DNA of 64,000 nt. Origin: an uncultured bacterium (lineage in GTDB: Bacteria > Verrucomicrobiota > Verrucomicrobiia > Verrucomicrobiales > DEV007). Position numbers and translations under genes: made by a program. The notes beneath the pieces are model-generated. The model was not told where the DNA came from and searched no databases. It worked only from the letters and a program-made list of their open reading frames with translations. The stretch's first letter is position 1, and the number at the start of each line of letters is the position of its first letter. Of the stretch, positions 52,905 to 63,056 are shown piece after piece. The stretch lies in NCBI GenBank assembly GCA_963977015.1, contig CAXBMO010000021.1:1-64000 (forward strand), in the 5' to 3' direction.

Positions 52905-53512
52905 GTCAGCACTCCCTTCGATTCCATGCACTTGCGCAGCTGACCGCGAGCGCGATAGAGCAGGGTGCGAACCGCCCCGGCCGATTTGCCGATCACTCCC
53001 GCAATTTCCTCGGTCTTCTTCCGCTCCAGATAATGCAGCCGCACCGCCTCCGCCGCGCTTTCCTCCAGGCCGCCGAGACATTCACCCAACGCCTGACGCC
53101 GCAACCAGATCTCCTCATTCTTGCCGATCTCGTTCGCCTCCACGCCATCGAGACGCTCGATGACCGACTTCGCATACGCCTCGATCCGCCCTTTGTAGCG
53201 ATAGCGCTTGCGCAACTCCTCACGCACCATGTTCCGGGCAATCGCCTTGACCCATTTGCCGAATCCGCGACCGATTTCATACTGGTCGAGCGCCTGAAAC
53301 GCCCGCACGAAAACCTGCTGAACGACGTCCTCCCGCGCGCTGTAATCGATCAGCATCGCATTGACGATTTTGAGCACCTCACCCTGATAGCGAACCACGA
53401 TCTGGCGATACGCCTCCACGTCCCCCTTGCGAATCTGCGCAACGATCTCGTCGGTCGAGAAATCTGCAGCGTCGGGCTTCATGGACCACGATGGAATGGG
53501 AGACATGCTCAC
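52901..53512 (-). CDS. ECF-type RNA polymerase sigma-70 factor
   Basis: GD.EAY..IV..YQ, EDVVQQVF..A, F..W...IARN (region 2); L..CL..L, L.Y.....EEIA..IG.....V...L.RAR..LR.C (region 4); start GTG 53512, ATG 53506 or 53482. Confidence 0.92.
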   Translation of the reverse strand: MSMSPIPSWSMKPDAADFSTDEIVAQIRKGDVEAYRQIVVRYQGEVLKIVNAMLIDYSAREDVVQQVFVRAFQALDQYEIGRGFGKWVKAIARNMVREELRKRYRYKGRIEAYAKSVIERLDGVEANEIGKNEEIWLRRQALGECLGGLEESAAEAVRLHYLERKKTEEIAGVIGKSAGAVRTLLYRARGQLRKCMESKGVLT

Positions 53513-53520
53513 TTAGGGCA

Positions 53521-53549
53521 CTATGCCGCTCGAACCTGATTGTCACAGG
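53521..53549 (-). promoter_or_regulatory. Putative autoregulatory ECF promoter CCTGTGACAAT-N10-CGGCATAG
   Basis: Minus strand reads CCTGTGACAAT CAGGTTCGAG CGGCATAG; 19/19 motif positions identical to 46783-46811. Confidence 0.8.
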
Positions 53550-53692
53550 CAAAATTCGGGAACGGGTTTGGTCCCGCGAAAAAGGGTCGCTTCCACGCAT
53601 CCGTTTTCGCCGATTTCCTCACACGATCCGTAAGCGAAAGTGATAGCTCGCCGCCTAATCAACGCTTAGCCTCAATTCTCCGCAAATCCTCC

Positions 53693-54730
53693 ATGTATCT
53701 CCAATCGATCTCCAGCGCCTTTCCTGAGTTTACCTACACGCAGGAAGACTGCTGGAACACGATCAAGGAATCCCCACTTTCCTCGCTGCTAAAGCCCCGC
53801 AGCCTCACCATTCTGGAAAAAATCCTGACCGGCGATTCCGGGATCGACGAGCGCCACTTTTGCCTCGAAAAACCGGAAGATGTCTTTCTGAAGGATGCCG
53901 GCCAGCTCAATCAAGAATTCGAGAGGTTTGCGCCGATGATCTCCGGCAACGCGCTCAACAGCGCGCTCGATCAGGCCGGCCTTCCCGCCACCGCAATCGA
54001 CGCCCTTTTCATCTGCACCTGCACCGGCTACATCTGCCCCGGCATTACCAGCCACCTCGCCGAACAACTCGGCATGCGCAGCGACGTCTACCTTCAGGAC
54101 CTCGTCGGACTCGGCTGCGGCGCCGCCATCCCGACCCTCCGCAGCGCCGAAGGCTACCTCAGTGCCAATCCGGACGCGACCGTCGCCGTCATCGCCGTCG
54201 AGATCTGCTCCGCCGCCTTTTACATGGATAACGACCCTGGTGTCCTCATCAGCCTCTGCTTGTTCGGCGATGGCGCCAGCGCCTCCATCTGGCGATCGCG
54301 CCCCAGCGACGACGGACCACAGCATCGCCTCCAGAACTTCCAAACCGTTCACAAGCCCGAGGATCGCGAGAAAATCCGCTTCGTGAACGCCGAAGGAAAG
54401 CTCAAAAACAAGCTGGATCGCTCCGTCCCCCAGCTCGCCGCCGAAACCGTCGGAGAACTCTTCCGCACCGCCAGTCACAACGGCGACATCGACCAGATCC
54501 TCGCCCATCCCGGTGGCCGCGACGTCATCGAAGCGATCGAAAGCACCCTCCCCGACTATCAGCTCCAGGAAAGCCGCCACGTTCTCCGCAACTACGGCAA
54601 CCTCAGCAGCCCCTCCGTCCTCGTCGCCCTTGAGCACCACCTCGCCAACGGCCATCCCCAGGACAACCTCTGGCTCACCTCATTCGGAGCCGGATTTGCC
54701 TGCCACTCGGCGGATTTTGTTCGCAGTTGA
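53693..54730 (+). CDS. Type III polyketide synthase (chalcone/stilbene synthase-like)
   Basis: Catalytic triad contexts GLGCGAA (Cys), HPGG (His), YGNLSSPSV (Asn); EICS, LFGDGA, FGAGF. Confidence 0.92.
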   Translation: MYLQSISSAFPEFTYTQEDCWNTIKESPLSSLLKPRSLTILEKILTGDSGIDERHFCLEKPEDVFLKDAGQLNQEFERFAPMISGNALNSALDQAGLPATAIDALFICTCTGYICPGITSHLAEQLGMRSDVYLQDLVGLGCGAAIPTLRSAEGYLSANPDATVAVIAVEICSAAFYMDNDPGVLISLCLFGDGASASIWRSRPSDDGPQHRLQNFQTVHKPEDREKIRFVNAEGKLKNKLDRSVPQLAAETVGELFRTASHNGDIDQILAHPGGRDVIEAIESTLPDYQLQESRHVLRNYGNLSSPSVLVALEHHLANGHPQDNLWLTSFGAGFACHSADFVRS

Positions 54731-54773
54731 AGAAGATTTGACCTTGGGAACGGAAGAAAAGCCGTCTCCGGAG

Positions 54774-54963
54774 AGCCGGAGGCTCATCCCGAAACTAGCC
54801 GGCGGTAAAGCGAAGCGGAACCACCGGATCAACGGCGAACCCGAGATGCGTCCCGGCAGGGACGCCAGAACCGTTCTCGCGCACCTTCCGGCGCGCCATG
54901 TTCTTTGCCGTCGGGGGCCCCGGGGTTTCACCCGCGCTAGGCTCGGTTGTCCCTCCGGGACGC
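54774..54963. repeat. Degenerate REP-like element(s) of the family at 28586-28935
   Basis: AGCCGGAGGCT...TAGCCGGCGGTAAAGCGAAGCGGAACCACCGG...GCGTCCCGGCAGGGACGCCAG (54774-54868) parallels 28835-28932, followed by further GC hairpins. Confidence 0.7.
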
Positions 54964-55081
54964 TGTTTTGGACCCTTGTGGCGGATCGGGTGGCGGGTGA
55001 TTTTTCGAAACGTTCGTGACTTCCGCCACCGCTCCCCGTGTCTACAGATCTGACGTTCCAACCACTTTTGGTCTAGGGATC

Positions 55082-55124
55082 GTGGCGCTCGCAAGCGGGA
55101 GACGGAACCGTTCGCGGGCGCCAC
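55082..55124. repeat. 17-bp imperfect GC hairpin (REP-like)
   Basis: GTGGCGCTCGCAAGCGG-N9-CCGTTCGCGGGCGCCAC. Confidence 0.55.
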
Positions 55125-55184
55125 ACTCTGGAATGGGAAAAACCGGGTGGGATTCGTGCCAGGACGTGCTATCAGGTTAGCCCC

Positions 55185-56306
55185 ATGAGCACTGAACTCT
55201 TGCACGATCTTGATGAAGTCCTTCTCATGGGACCCGGCCCTTCGATGGTTCCCGAGTCGGTCTTGAAGGCGCTCGCGACGCCGACGCTGGGGCATCTCGA
55301 TCCCCAGTTCATCGAGTTGATGGATGAGATTCAGTCGATGCTGCGCGATTTGTTCCGCGCCGAAAGCGGGTTGTGTCTGCCGCTTTCCGGGACCGGTTCA
55401 GCCGGGATGGAGGCGACCTTCGTCAATCTCATCGAGCCGGGGGACCGGGTGCTGATCTTGAAGAACGGGGTGTTTGGAAACCGGATGGAGGATGTGGCAG
55501 GGCGTTTGCAGGCGGAGGTGGAGACGCTGGATTATGAGTGGGGGACGCCGGTGGTGCCGCAGGATTTGCGCGAGAAGTTGGCGAGTTCCGCACCCTACAA
55601 GATCGTGGCGATGGTGCATGCGGAGACGTCGACCGGAGTGGCAAATCCGGCCGAAGAGGTGGCGGAGATTTTGCGGGACAACCCGGCTCTGTATCTGCTG
55701 GATTGCGTGACGAGCCTCGGTGGAATGAATGTCGATGTGACCGAGTGGGGCGTGGATGCGGCCTACAGCGGAACGCAAAAGTGTCTTTCCTGCCCTCCCG
55801 GGTTGGCTCCGGTGTTCTTTTCCGACAAGGCGGTGGATGCGCTGCGCTCCCGTCAGTCGAAGGTGCCAAACTGGTATCTGGATGTGACGATGCTGCTGAG
55901 TTATTGGTCGGGCGAGAAGCGCGTGTATCATCACACGGCGCCGATCAACATGCTTTACGGGTTGTATGCGGCGCTGGATCTGGTGCTGACGGAGGGGCTG
56001 GATGCGTCGTTTGCCCGTCATCGCGCGGCACATCGGCAACTGGTGAACGGGCTGGATGCGATCGATCTGCAGATGCTGGTGGAGGAGAAATCTCGCTTGC
56101 CGATGTTGAATGCGGTGGTGGTGCCGGAGGGGATTGATGAAGCGGCGCTGCGAAAGCGGCTTCGCCAGGAGTTTCTGATCGAGATTGGCGCGGGTTTGGG
56201 TCCGTTGGCCGGGAAGATTTGGCGGATTGGCTTGATGGGGCATACCGCGAATCCGGAAAATGTGGATCGCGTGCTTGAGGCGCTGGAGAAATCTGTGTCA
56301 GAGTGA
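55185..56306 (+). CDS. Alanine-glyoxylate / serine-pyruvate aminotransferase (class V)
   Basis: [59 protein letters not shown]. Confidence 0.93.
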   Translation: MSTELLHDLDEVLLMGPGPSMVPESVLKALATPTLGHLDPQFIELMDEIQSMLRDLFRAESGLCLPLSGTGSAGMEATFVNLIEPGDRVLILKNGVFGNRMEDVAGRLQAEVETLDYEWGTPVVPQDLREKLASSAPYKIVAMVHAETSTGVANPAEEVAEILRDNPALYLLDCVTSLGGMNVDVTEWGVDAAYSGTQKCLSCPPGLAPVFFSDKAVDALRSRQSKVPNWYLDVTMLLSYWSGEKRVYHHTAPINMLYGLYAALDLVLTEGLDASFARHRAAHRQLVNGLDAIDLQMLVEEKSRLPMLNAVVVPEGIDEAALRKRLRQEFLIEIGAGLGPLAGKIWRIGLMGHTANPENVDRVLEALEKSVSE

Positions 56307-56336
56307 GGCTTCAACCTTTGCCCCACCCCTGCCCTC

Positions 56337-57818
56337 ATGATTCCTTCGATTGCTCGAATTGCGATCCTCGCCCTGCTCTGCCAATGCGCCTTCGCGGAGA
56401 CTGAGCCGCCCAACATCGTCTTCCTGCTCGCCGACGACCAAAACTTCGATTCGCTCGGCTGTTATGGGAACGAGGATGTGCAAACGCCGAACATCGATGC
56501 GCTCGCAGCCCTTGGCATGGCGTTCGACAATCATTACGACACGACAGCGATCTGCATGGCGAGCCGGGCCAACATCCTGACCGGAATGTATGAGTACAAG
56601 ACGGGCTGCAACTTCAACTACGGCGATTTGCCGGAAAACCGGTGGCGCCAGTCCTACCCGGTGTTGCTGCGCGAGGCGGGTTACCTGACGGCTTTCGCGG
56701 GCAAAATCGGGATCGAGGTGGAGGGAATCGGGCTTCCGCAAAGCGACTTCGACGCGTGGGGCGCGGGTCCGGGCCAAACCCACTACCAAACGGCGAAGAA
56801 CCAATCGATCGCGAAGTATGCGAAGGAGTTTCCCCATTCCTCACGGGCCTACGGGGCGTTTGGGCGCGACTTCATCCAGCGCGCAGCCAAGGAGGAGAAG
56901 CCCTTTTGCCTTTCCATCAGCTTTAAGGCGCCGCACATGCCGAAGACTCCGGACTCCGAGTTTGATCACGTGTATGCGGGCAAGGTGTTCAAGAAACCGG
57001 CGAACTACGGCCGCGAATTCAGCGAACATTTTTCCGAGCAAAGCAGGCAGGGTCGCCAGTATGAGCGGTTTCACAGTTGGGGCTATGCGGACAAGTACGA
57101 TGAGAAGATGCGGCTCTATCATCAGCAGATTTACGGAATCGATGTCGCGGTCGGGATGATTGCCGAGGCGCTGAAAACGGCGGGAGTCGCCGAGAACACG
57201 GTGGTGATCTACACCTCGGACAACGGCTTCTTTTGCGGGGCGCATGGCTATGGCTCCAAGGTCTTGCCGTATGAGGAAGGCTCGCGCGTGCCGCTCATTA
57301 TCGCGGATCCGCGGAAGCCGGCCACGCACGGAAAACGATCCGGTTCGTTGACCGGGAACATCGATTTCGCGCCGACGATCCTGACGCTGGCGGGACTGGC
57401 CGCGCCCGAAAACGTGGACGGCGTGTCTCTGCTGCCGCTTCTGGAGAATCCGGAGGCGGAGGTGCGCGAGACGCTGCAGTTGATGAACTTCTGGGGACCA
57501 CCGGAAACCCATTCGTTCGGAATCGTGAGCCGCGATTGGAAGTATGTGAACTGGTCGTATGGCGGAAATGGCCTGACGCCCACCGAAGAGCTCTACGATA
57601 TGCGGCGCGACAAGCTGGAGTTGACCAACGCGGCGCTGAATCCGGAGAAACGTCCCGCCTTGGAACTAATGCGCACGCACTACGACGCAGCGGTTTCGCA
57701 GATTGAAGCCAACGCGGTGCGCCCCGCCCACGCCAAATACGGAACCCTTTTCGACCGCCACCAACCCTGGGACGCGAAATCACACTTGCTCGGCAAGAAG
57801 AAGTCCCGAAAGGAGTAG
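56337..57818 (+). CDS. Sulfatase (S1, CxAxR variant), secreted
   Basis: [32 protein letters not shown]; signal peptide. Confidence 0.92.
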   Translation: MIPSIARIAILALLCQCAFAETEPPNIVFLLADDQNFDSLGCYGNEDVQTPNIDALAALGMAFDNHYDTTAICMASRANILTGMYEYKTGCNFNYGDLPENRWRQSYPVLLREAGYLTAFAGKIGIEVEGIGLPQSDFDAWGAGPGQTHYQTAKNQSIAKYAKEFPHSSRAYGAFGRDFIQRAAKEEKPFCLSISFKAPHMPKTPDSEFDHVYAGKVFKKPANYGREFSEHFSEQSRQGRQYERFHSWGYADKYDEKMRLYHQQIYGIDVAVGMIAEALKTAGVAENTVVIYTSDNGFFCGAHGYGSKVLPYEEGSRVPLIIADPRKPATHGKRSGSLTGNIDFAPTILTLAGLAAPENVDGVSLLPLLENPEAEVRETLQLMNFWGPPETHSFGIVSRDWKYVNWSYGGNGLTPTEELYDMRRDKLELTNAALNPEKRPALELMRTHYDAAVSQIEANAVRPAHAKYGTLFDRHQPWDAKSHLLGKKKSRKE

Positions 57819-57909
57819 TCGCCTGCGGTGGCGAGCTCCGCAAAGAGGAGTTCAAGCAGGAGCACTTCGATCACCCCGGCGCGATCCGAACCTGATCGGT
57901 CGTTTGGGA

Positions 57910-58755
57910 CTATTCTCCTTTTTGGAGAAGCTGGGGCGCGAATTTCGCGACCACGACGGCGGCGATGAGCATGAGGACGAGCGAAACGTAACCGAGAATC
58001 AAACCGGTCAGGATTTTGCCTTTCCCTTGATCACCTTCCTCCTCGGAATTCATCCGAATCAAGGCGATGTGGCCCATGATGATCGCGGCAGGCCCGAAGA
58101 GAAGCGAACCAAAGCACCAGAACGTCACGAACGAGACGATGCCGGAAATCAGCGTCAGCAACGGCAGGGGTCCCGGCTTTCCACCTTCATCGTCGCTGGT
58201 TGACGGAGCGGGTTGAGCCGGAGGATTTGGCCCTGGAGGTTGCGCGGCGGGAGGCAACGGGGCCGCAGGCGCAGCGGGTGGCGCCGGATCAGCTTGCGGC
58301 ATCCCATAGGGACTTTGGGTCGGAGCCTGAGGCATTGGCGAGGAACCAGGTGTGCCGGTCGGAAGCGGACTGCCCGATCCCGGCAACGGTCCCCCTTGCG
58401 GCAAACCGCCGTGCCCGGGCAACGGTTGTTGCGGTGCAGGCTGCTGGGGATAAGGTTGTTGCGGCGATTGCGCCGGAGCCGATGGGGCGTATCCCGGCGG
58501 AGGCGGCACCGCGCTCGGCGGAGCTGGCAACGGCTGCTGTGGCGGAGTCGGCTGCGTTCCCGAATGCGCCAGACCGTCATTCGCCGTGGGAAGATGCCCA
58601 AACCCGCCATCCGGAGCAGCGGGCGCTGAACCCGGCTTGGGCGGAAACTCGATCTTTGAGCTGCAAATCGGACACTGAACCGAGGTTCCATAGAAAGTCT
58701 CATCTCCGGAGACCTTCTGTCCACATTTGGGGCATGCTACTTTCAGTTCGGCCAT
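57910..58755 (-). CDS. Zinc-ribbon + proline-rich linker + DUF4190-like membrane protein
   Basis: CPKC..CPIC, long P/Q/A/G-rich linker, two TMs with AIIMGHIAL..M...G.G....GLILG. Confidence 0.8.
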   Translation of the reverse strand: MAELKVACPKCGQKVSGDETFYGTSVQCPICSSKIEFPPKPGSAPAAPDGGFGHLPTANDGLAHSGTQPTPPQQPLPAPPSAVPPPPGYAPSAPAQSPQQPYPQQPAPQQPLPGHGGLPQGGPLPGSGSPLPTGTPGSSPMPQAPTQSPYGMPQADPAPPAAPAAPLPPAAQPPGPNPPAQPAPSTSDDEGGKPGPLPLLTLISGIVSFVTFWCFGSLLFGPAAIIMGHIALIRMNSEEEGDQGKGKILTGLILGYVSLVLMLIAAVVVAKFAPQLLQKGE

Positions 58756-58986
58756 GACAGGACGGGATCATGAGCGAGGAATCCGGTAAGAATCCAGCGG
58801 AAAGTTAAGAAAACCGATGAATCTGGGGAGAAAGGCAAAATCGACACCTCAGGGTGATCGCCCACCCATCCTTTGACCGACCCAAATGCCAATCAGAAGT
58901 CGATCGATCCCACGCGTCAACTCCGGCACGGTCTGGAAATGAGGGAAAGATAACACTTTGAGACGGGCCAACCTCCCCATATCGTC

Positions 58987-60225
58987 TTGCGAATGCTTGC
59001 GTCCTCCCGTTTCTCTTTTCTTCAATGGCCGTTGGTCGCATTCTCAGATTCGGTCGTTCGAGTCCCTGAAGACGCCCTTCTCACCGACCACCTCTCCAAA
59101 TCCCGCTTTTCCGTTCGTCTTCTCCGCTACTGGTGGGCGGCGCAGGCGATCCGTCAGGAAGCCAAAAGCCGGGACACGCCCCTCACGATCGTCGACTATG
59201 GTTCCGGCAGAGGCTGGTTGAAGAGGTTCGTGGGAAACGATGTCGATGCCAAATGGATCGCGATCGATTGGAACCCGGAAACGGAACTGCTCGAGCGCGC
59301 GGGCTATGACGAAATTCTCCACGCCAACTTTGACCACCCGCTTCCGATCGAGCCGGGATCCGTTGATGTCGTCTCGTCCCTCCACGTTTTCGAGCATTTG
59401 CCGCGCCCGGCCTTTTCCCTCACGCAGATCGAGGACGTTCTCGCCCCGGGCGGCTGCCTGCTTGCCACGACGCCGACCATGCCGCATTTCCTCGCCTCCT
59501 GGCGTCAGGCCATATTCAGACGGCGCCTCGCCGACGGACGCATCTCGCGTGGCGGCCATATCAATTGTCTCTCGCCGTCCCGGTGGCGCGATCTCGCTGG
59601 AGACTGCGGCCTGACGATGGAGTTCATCACCGGTTCCCATCTCATGCGCAACACGGGCAATCCGCTGGAAAGCCTGCGCTCCTGGATTCGCTTCAATCAA
59701 CTTTGGGCCGCGTTATTTCCCTCCCTCGGGTCAGAGGTTTGTCTCCGCGCGAGAAAACCGGTTGCTCATGAGGATCTCGAAAAGTGGAACCGCCAGAAGC
59801 TGGTCAAAACCAAGCGCCGGCCGGAAATCGCGATCAGCATCGTCACGACCGTGATTGCGCTGGTGGTCGCCGCATTCCTGATCGTCACCAACACCAGCCA
59901 GGCCAAAGCCCGCGTCGATAGCATCCTCATCAAGCAGCTCCAAATGGGCGCGGGACACCTGTTGTTGATCCATCACCCCCTTCTCGAAAACTTCGAGAAG
60001 CACACCAACGCGACGATTATTGCGTCTGCTGCCGACATTCCCGGCGCGTTGGCCACCCTCCCCCAGGACACCCACATCGTGCTGCACGAAGACCACCTTG
60101 AGGCTCTGATGCCGAGCGCGAGCAACTACGTTGTCGACTCCCGAATCGATGTGGATGACGACGATTTCTACCTCATTCGCAAAGGCACCAACGGAACGGC
60201 GCTCGATCACTTTTTGTCCAAATAG
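58987..60225 (+). CDS. Class I SAM-dependent methyltransferase with internal TM and extra C-terminal domain
   Basis: IVDYGSGRG motif I, DVV.SLHVFEHL, L.PGG.L..TTP, HIN; TM IAISIVTTVIALVVAAFLIV; start uncertain. Confidence 0.78.
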   Translation: MRMLASSRFSFLQWPLVAFSDSVVRVPEDALLTDHLSKSRFSVRLLRYWWAAQAIRQEAKSRDTPLTIVDYGSGRGWLKRFVGNDVDAKWIAIDWNPETELLERAGYDEILHANFDHPLPIEPGSVDVVSSLHVFEHLPRPAFSLTQIEDVLAPGGCLLATTPTMPHFLASWRQAIFRRRLADGRISRGGHINCLSPSRWRDLAGDCGLTMEFITGSHLMRNTGNPLESLRSWIRFNQLWAALFPSLGSEVCLRARKPVAHEDLEKWNRQKLVKTKRRPEIAISIVTTVIALVVAAFLIVTNTSQAKARVDSILIKQLQMGAGHLLLIHHPLLENFEKHTNATIIASAADIPGALATLPQDTHIVLHEDHLEALMPSASNYVVDSRIDVDDDDFYLIRKGTNGTALDHFLSK

Positions 60226-60319
60226 CGTCTCGCAAACACCCCATTCCCTTTGGGGGACAACTCAAACCGCAGGATTGGACAGCGGCCCGGAGTCGTGGTT
60301 ACTTACGGTTTCCCCTCAC

Positions 60320-60853
60320 ATGGTTCCACGCAATATCATTCTGATCGGCTTCATGGGCACCGGCAAATCGACGGTCGGCCAGAAAATCGCAGACAGCCTC
60401 GACTTTGAGTTTGTGGATACGGATTCGCTGGTGGTGGAAATGGCTGGCAAACCAATCACTCAAATCTTCGAGGAGCAGGGAGAACCGGCCTTCCGGGATC
60501 TGGAAACGAAGGCGCTGGAGCAGGCTGCGGACGGTCAGCACCGGGTGATTTCGACCGGCGGAGGAATCATCCTGCGAAGCGAAAATCGGGCGCTGCTGCA
60601 CGGTCACGGTTTTTGCGTGTGGCTGCGGGCCAAGCCGGAAACCGTCTACGAGCGAACCTGCGCAAACAACGAGCGTCCCCTGCTTCAGGGCGAATCTCCG
60701 CGGGATACGATCGAACGCCTCCTCGCCGAACGCGATTCGCTCTACCGCCAGACCGCCCATTTCAACGTCCGGACCGACGATTTGGTGGTGGAAGATATTT
60801 CCTACGGGATCTGCGAAAGCGCGTCGGTGTTCTTTCAGAAACAGGACGGCTAG
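60320..60853 (+). CDS. aroK: Shikimate kinase
   Basis: NIILIGFMGTGKSTVG, DTD, GE..FR..E, STGGG, RPLL, R..LY. Confidence 0.93.
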   Translation: MVPRNIILIGFMGTGKSTVGQKIADSLDFEFVDTDSLVVEMAGKPITQIFEEQGEPAFRDLETKALEQAADGQHRVISTGGGIILRSENRALLHGHGFCVWLRAKPETVYERTCANNERPLLQGESPRDTIERLLAERDSLYRQTAHFNVRTDDLVVEDISYGICESASVFFQKQDG

Positions 60854-60866
60854 CGAGCGATCGATC

Positions 60867-61904
60867 ATGGCTGAGCCCACGGAATTGAGGTCCCAGATTC
60901 GCGAGATTGCCGAGCGCCTGGGCTTTGACGATTGCCGCATCGCGTCGGCCAACGAAGCCGCGCACGCCGAGGAATTCCGTCAATGGGTCGCCGACGAATG
61001 CTATGGCGACATGGCGTGGATGGCTAAAAACGTGGATCGCCGCACCACGCCGCAGAACGTCCTGCCCGGCGCAAAATCGACCATCGTCCTCGCCATGAAC
61101 TACCTGGTCGAGGGCAAGGCGCAAACGCGCGGCAAGTTTGCCCGTTACGCATGGGGCAGCGACTACCACGACCTCATCGAGAAGAAGCTGAAGGAGTTCA
61201 ACGCGGAGCTGGAGGCGATCGGTGGGAAGCAGCGCTACTACGTCGACACCGGTCCGGTCCTCGAACGCGATTTCGCCTCCGAATCCGGTCTCGGCTGGAA
61301 CGGCAAGTCGACCGTCCAGATTCATCGCCAACTCGGCACCTGGTTCTTCCTCGCCGACATCTTCACCACGCTCGACATCGCGAAAGATGAGCCGTTTGGC
61401 GACCACTGCGGAAAGTGTACCCGCTGCATCGACGCCTGCCCGACCGACGCCATCACCGAGCCACATCGTGTCGATGCGCGCCGCTGCATTTCCTACCTCA
61501 CGATCGAGCACCGCGGAACGATTCCGGAAGAATTCCGCCGCGCCATGGGCGACCGCATCTATGGCTGCGACGACTGCCTCGCCGCCTGTCCCTGGAACCG
61601 TTTCGCCCAGCAATCCCACGAAGCGCACTTCGCCGCGCGCGAATTCGTTACGGATTGGGATTTGCGCGACTTCCTCGAGCTCGACGACGAAGGCTTTCGC
61701 CAACTTTTCCGCAAGAGCCCGGTCAAACGCACCAAGCGCCGCGGCTTCCTCCGCAACGTCTGCGTCGCGTTAGGCAACGTCGGAACCCCCGAGGATCTCC
61801 CTGCCCTCGAACGCGCCGCTCAGGATCCCGAGCCGCTCATCGCCGAACACGCGGAATGGGCCATCGCCGAAATTCGAGAGCGCGAATTCGCATCGTTAGT
61901 CTGA
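60867..61904 (+). CDS. queG: tRNA epoxyqueuosine(34) reductase
   Basis: ARYAWG.DYH, VDTGPVLER, GWNGK, CGKCTRCIDACPT, CISYLTIE, YGCDDCLAACPWN. Confidence 0.95.
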   Translation: MAEPTELRSQIREIAERLGFDDCRIASANEAAHAEEFRQWVADECYGDMAWMAKNVDRRTTPQNVLPGAKSTIVLAMNYLVEGKAQTRGKFARYAWGSDYHDLIEKKLKEFNAELEAIGGKQRYYVDTGPVLERDFASESGLGWNGKSTVQIHRQLGTWFFLADIFTTLDIAKDEPFGDHCGKCTRCIDACPTDAITEPHRVDARRCISYLTIEHRGTIPEEFRRAMGDRIYGCDDCLAACPWNRFAQQSHEAHFAAREFVTDWDLRDFLELDDEGFRQLFRKSPVKRTKRRGFLRNVCVALGNVGTPEDLPALERAAQDPEPLIAEHAEWAIAEIREREFASLV

Positions 61905-62005
61905 AAGCAAAGCCGAAACCCAAAATCCTGGCATCCGCACAAAGCAATCAAACCTGATGGCGTTGCGAACCGACTCGCAATGGCTTTTCCAGAGGACAAA
62001 TCAGC

Positions 62006-62911
62006 TCAGGCCTTAACCTGAGCCATCGCCTTTTCCAGCGCCTCGCGCGACGCATTCAGCCCCGCAAATCCGCCGAACTCGATCCCGCAATACCCGCTGA
62101 AGCCGGAATCGACCACGATTTGAAGCATCTTGGCGAAATCGATCTGCACGGAGTTCGCCTCGTCATCCCAACCGCGATCCTTCACCGAAACGCCTTTGGC
62201 GAAGGGCAATAGCTCCTCGATCCCGCGATAGGAATCGTAGCTCTCGCCGTCCCGGATCTTGAAATTCCCGAAGTCCGGCAATGTCCCGCAGCGCTCATGC
62301 CCGACGGTCTGAATCACTTCCACAAGCCACTTCGCGTTGCTGGAAAGCCCGCCGTGATTCTCGACAATCACGTTCATGTCGGACGCCGCGCCAATCTCTG
62401 TCAGCTTGGCCAGCCCATCCGCCGCCAATTTCACCTGCTCCTGCCACGTTCCCGAACTCCCCGCGTTCACCCGGATCGAGTGACACCCGAGAAACTTCGC
62501 CGCATCGATCCACTTCTTATGGTTCTCCACCGTCTGCGCCCGCTTCGCCGTATCGGGATCGCCGATATTCCCTTCCCGATCACACATGATCAGCAAACTC
62601 TTCACGCCCAGATCTTCGGCCCGCTTCTTCATCTCACCGAGATAGGCCTCGTCCTTCGCCTTATCCATGAAGAACTGGTTCACGTATTCCAGCGCGAAGA
62701 TCCCGTGATCGCTCGCCACTTTCGCGAAATCCAGATTATCCATCTTCCCGCCCTTCAACTCCTGAACCAGGGTCCACTGTGCCAGCGAGATCTTGAGCGG
62801 CGGCTCGGAAGCTTTTTTCTCAGCAAACGCGGGTGAAGACGTAGCCATGGCGGTGAGAGCGGCGGTTTTGAGGAAGTTCCGGCGAGTAGGGGTTTCAATG
62901 CGTGGGATCAT
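62006..62911 (-). CDS. Sugar phosphate isomerase/epimerase (xylose-isomerase-like TIM barrel), Tat signal
   Basis: RRNFLK, ISLAQW, EYVNQFF, LIMCD, GCHSIRVN, VENHGG, LPDFGNF, GIE. Confidence 0.88.
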   Translation of the reverse strand: MIPRIETPTRRNFLKTAALTAMATSSPAFAEKKASEPPLKISLAQWTLVQELKGGKMDNLDFAKVASDHGIFALEYVNQFFMDKAKDEAYLGEMKKRAEDLGVKSLLIMCDREGNIGDPDTAKRAQTVENHKKWIDAAKFLGCHSIRVNAGSSGTWQEQVKLAADGLAKLTEIGAASDMNVIVENHGGLSSNAKWLVEVIQTVGHERCGTLPDFGNFKIRDGESYDSYRGIEELLPFAKGVSVKDRGWDDEANSVQIDFAKMLQIVVDSGFSGYCGIEFGGFAGLNASREALEKAMAQVKA

Positions 62912-63056
62912 GAACCTACAGAGGCCAGAACTCACCGCAATTCCAAGGAAAAATGCGCGCAGGTTTCGGTCCCGCGTCACAACGGCCTCGGGGAATTCGT
63001 TGACGAACCCTAACTTTATGCAATCATCAAGCTCTTTTGCGCCTTCCTGTTCCCAA

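Noticed and set aside
55021-55184. Glycine riboswitch upstream of the alanine-glyoxylate aminotransferase
   Set aside because: Only GGGAGA and CTCTGGAA fragments; the CCGAAG and CTCTCAGG cores are missing, and a single REP-like hairpin explains the structure
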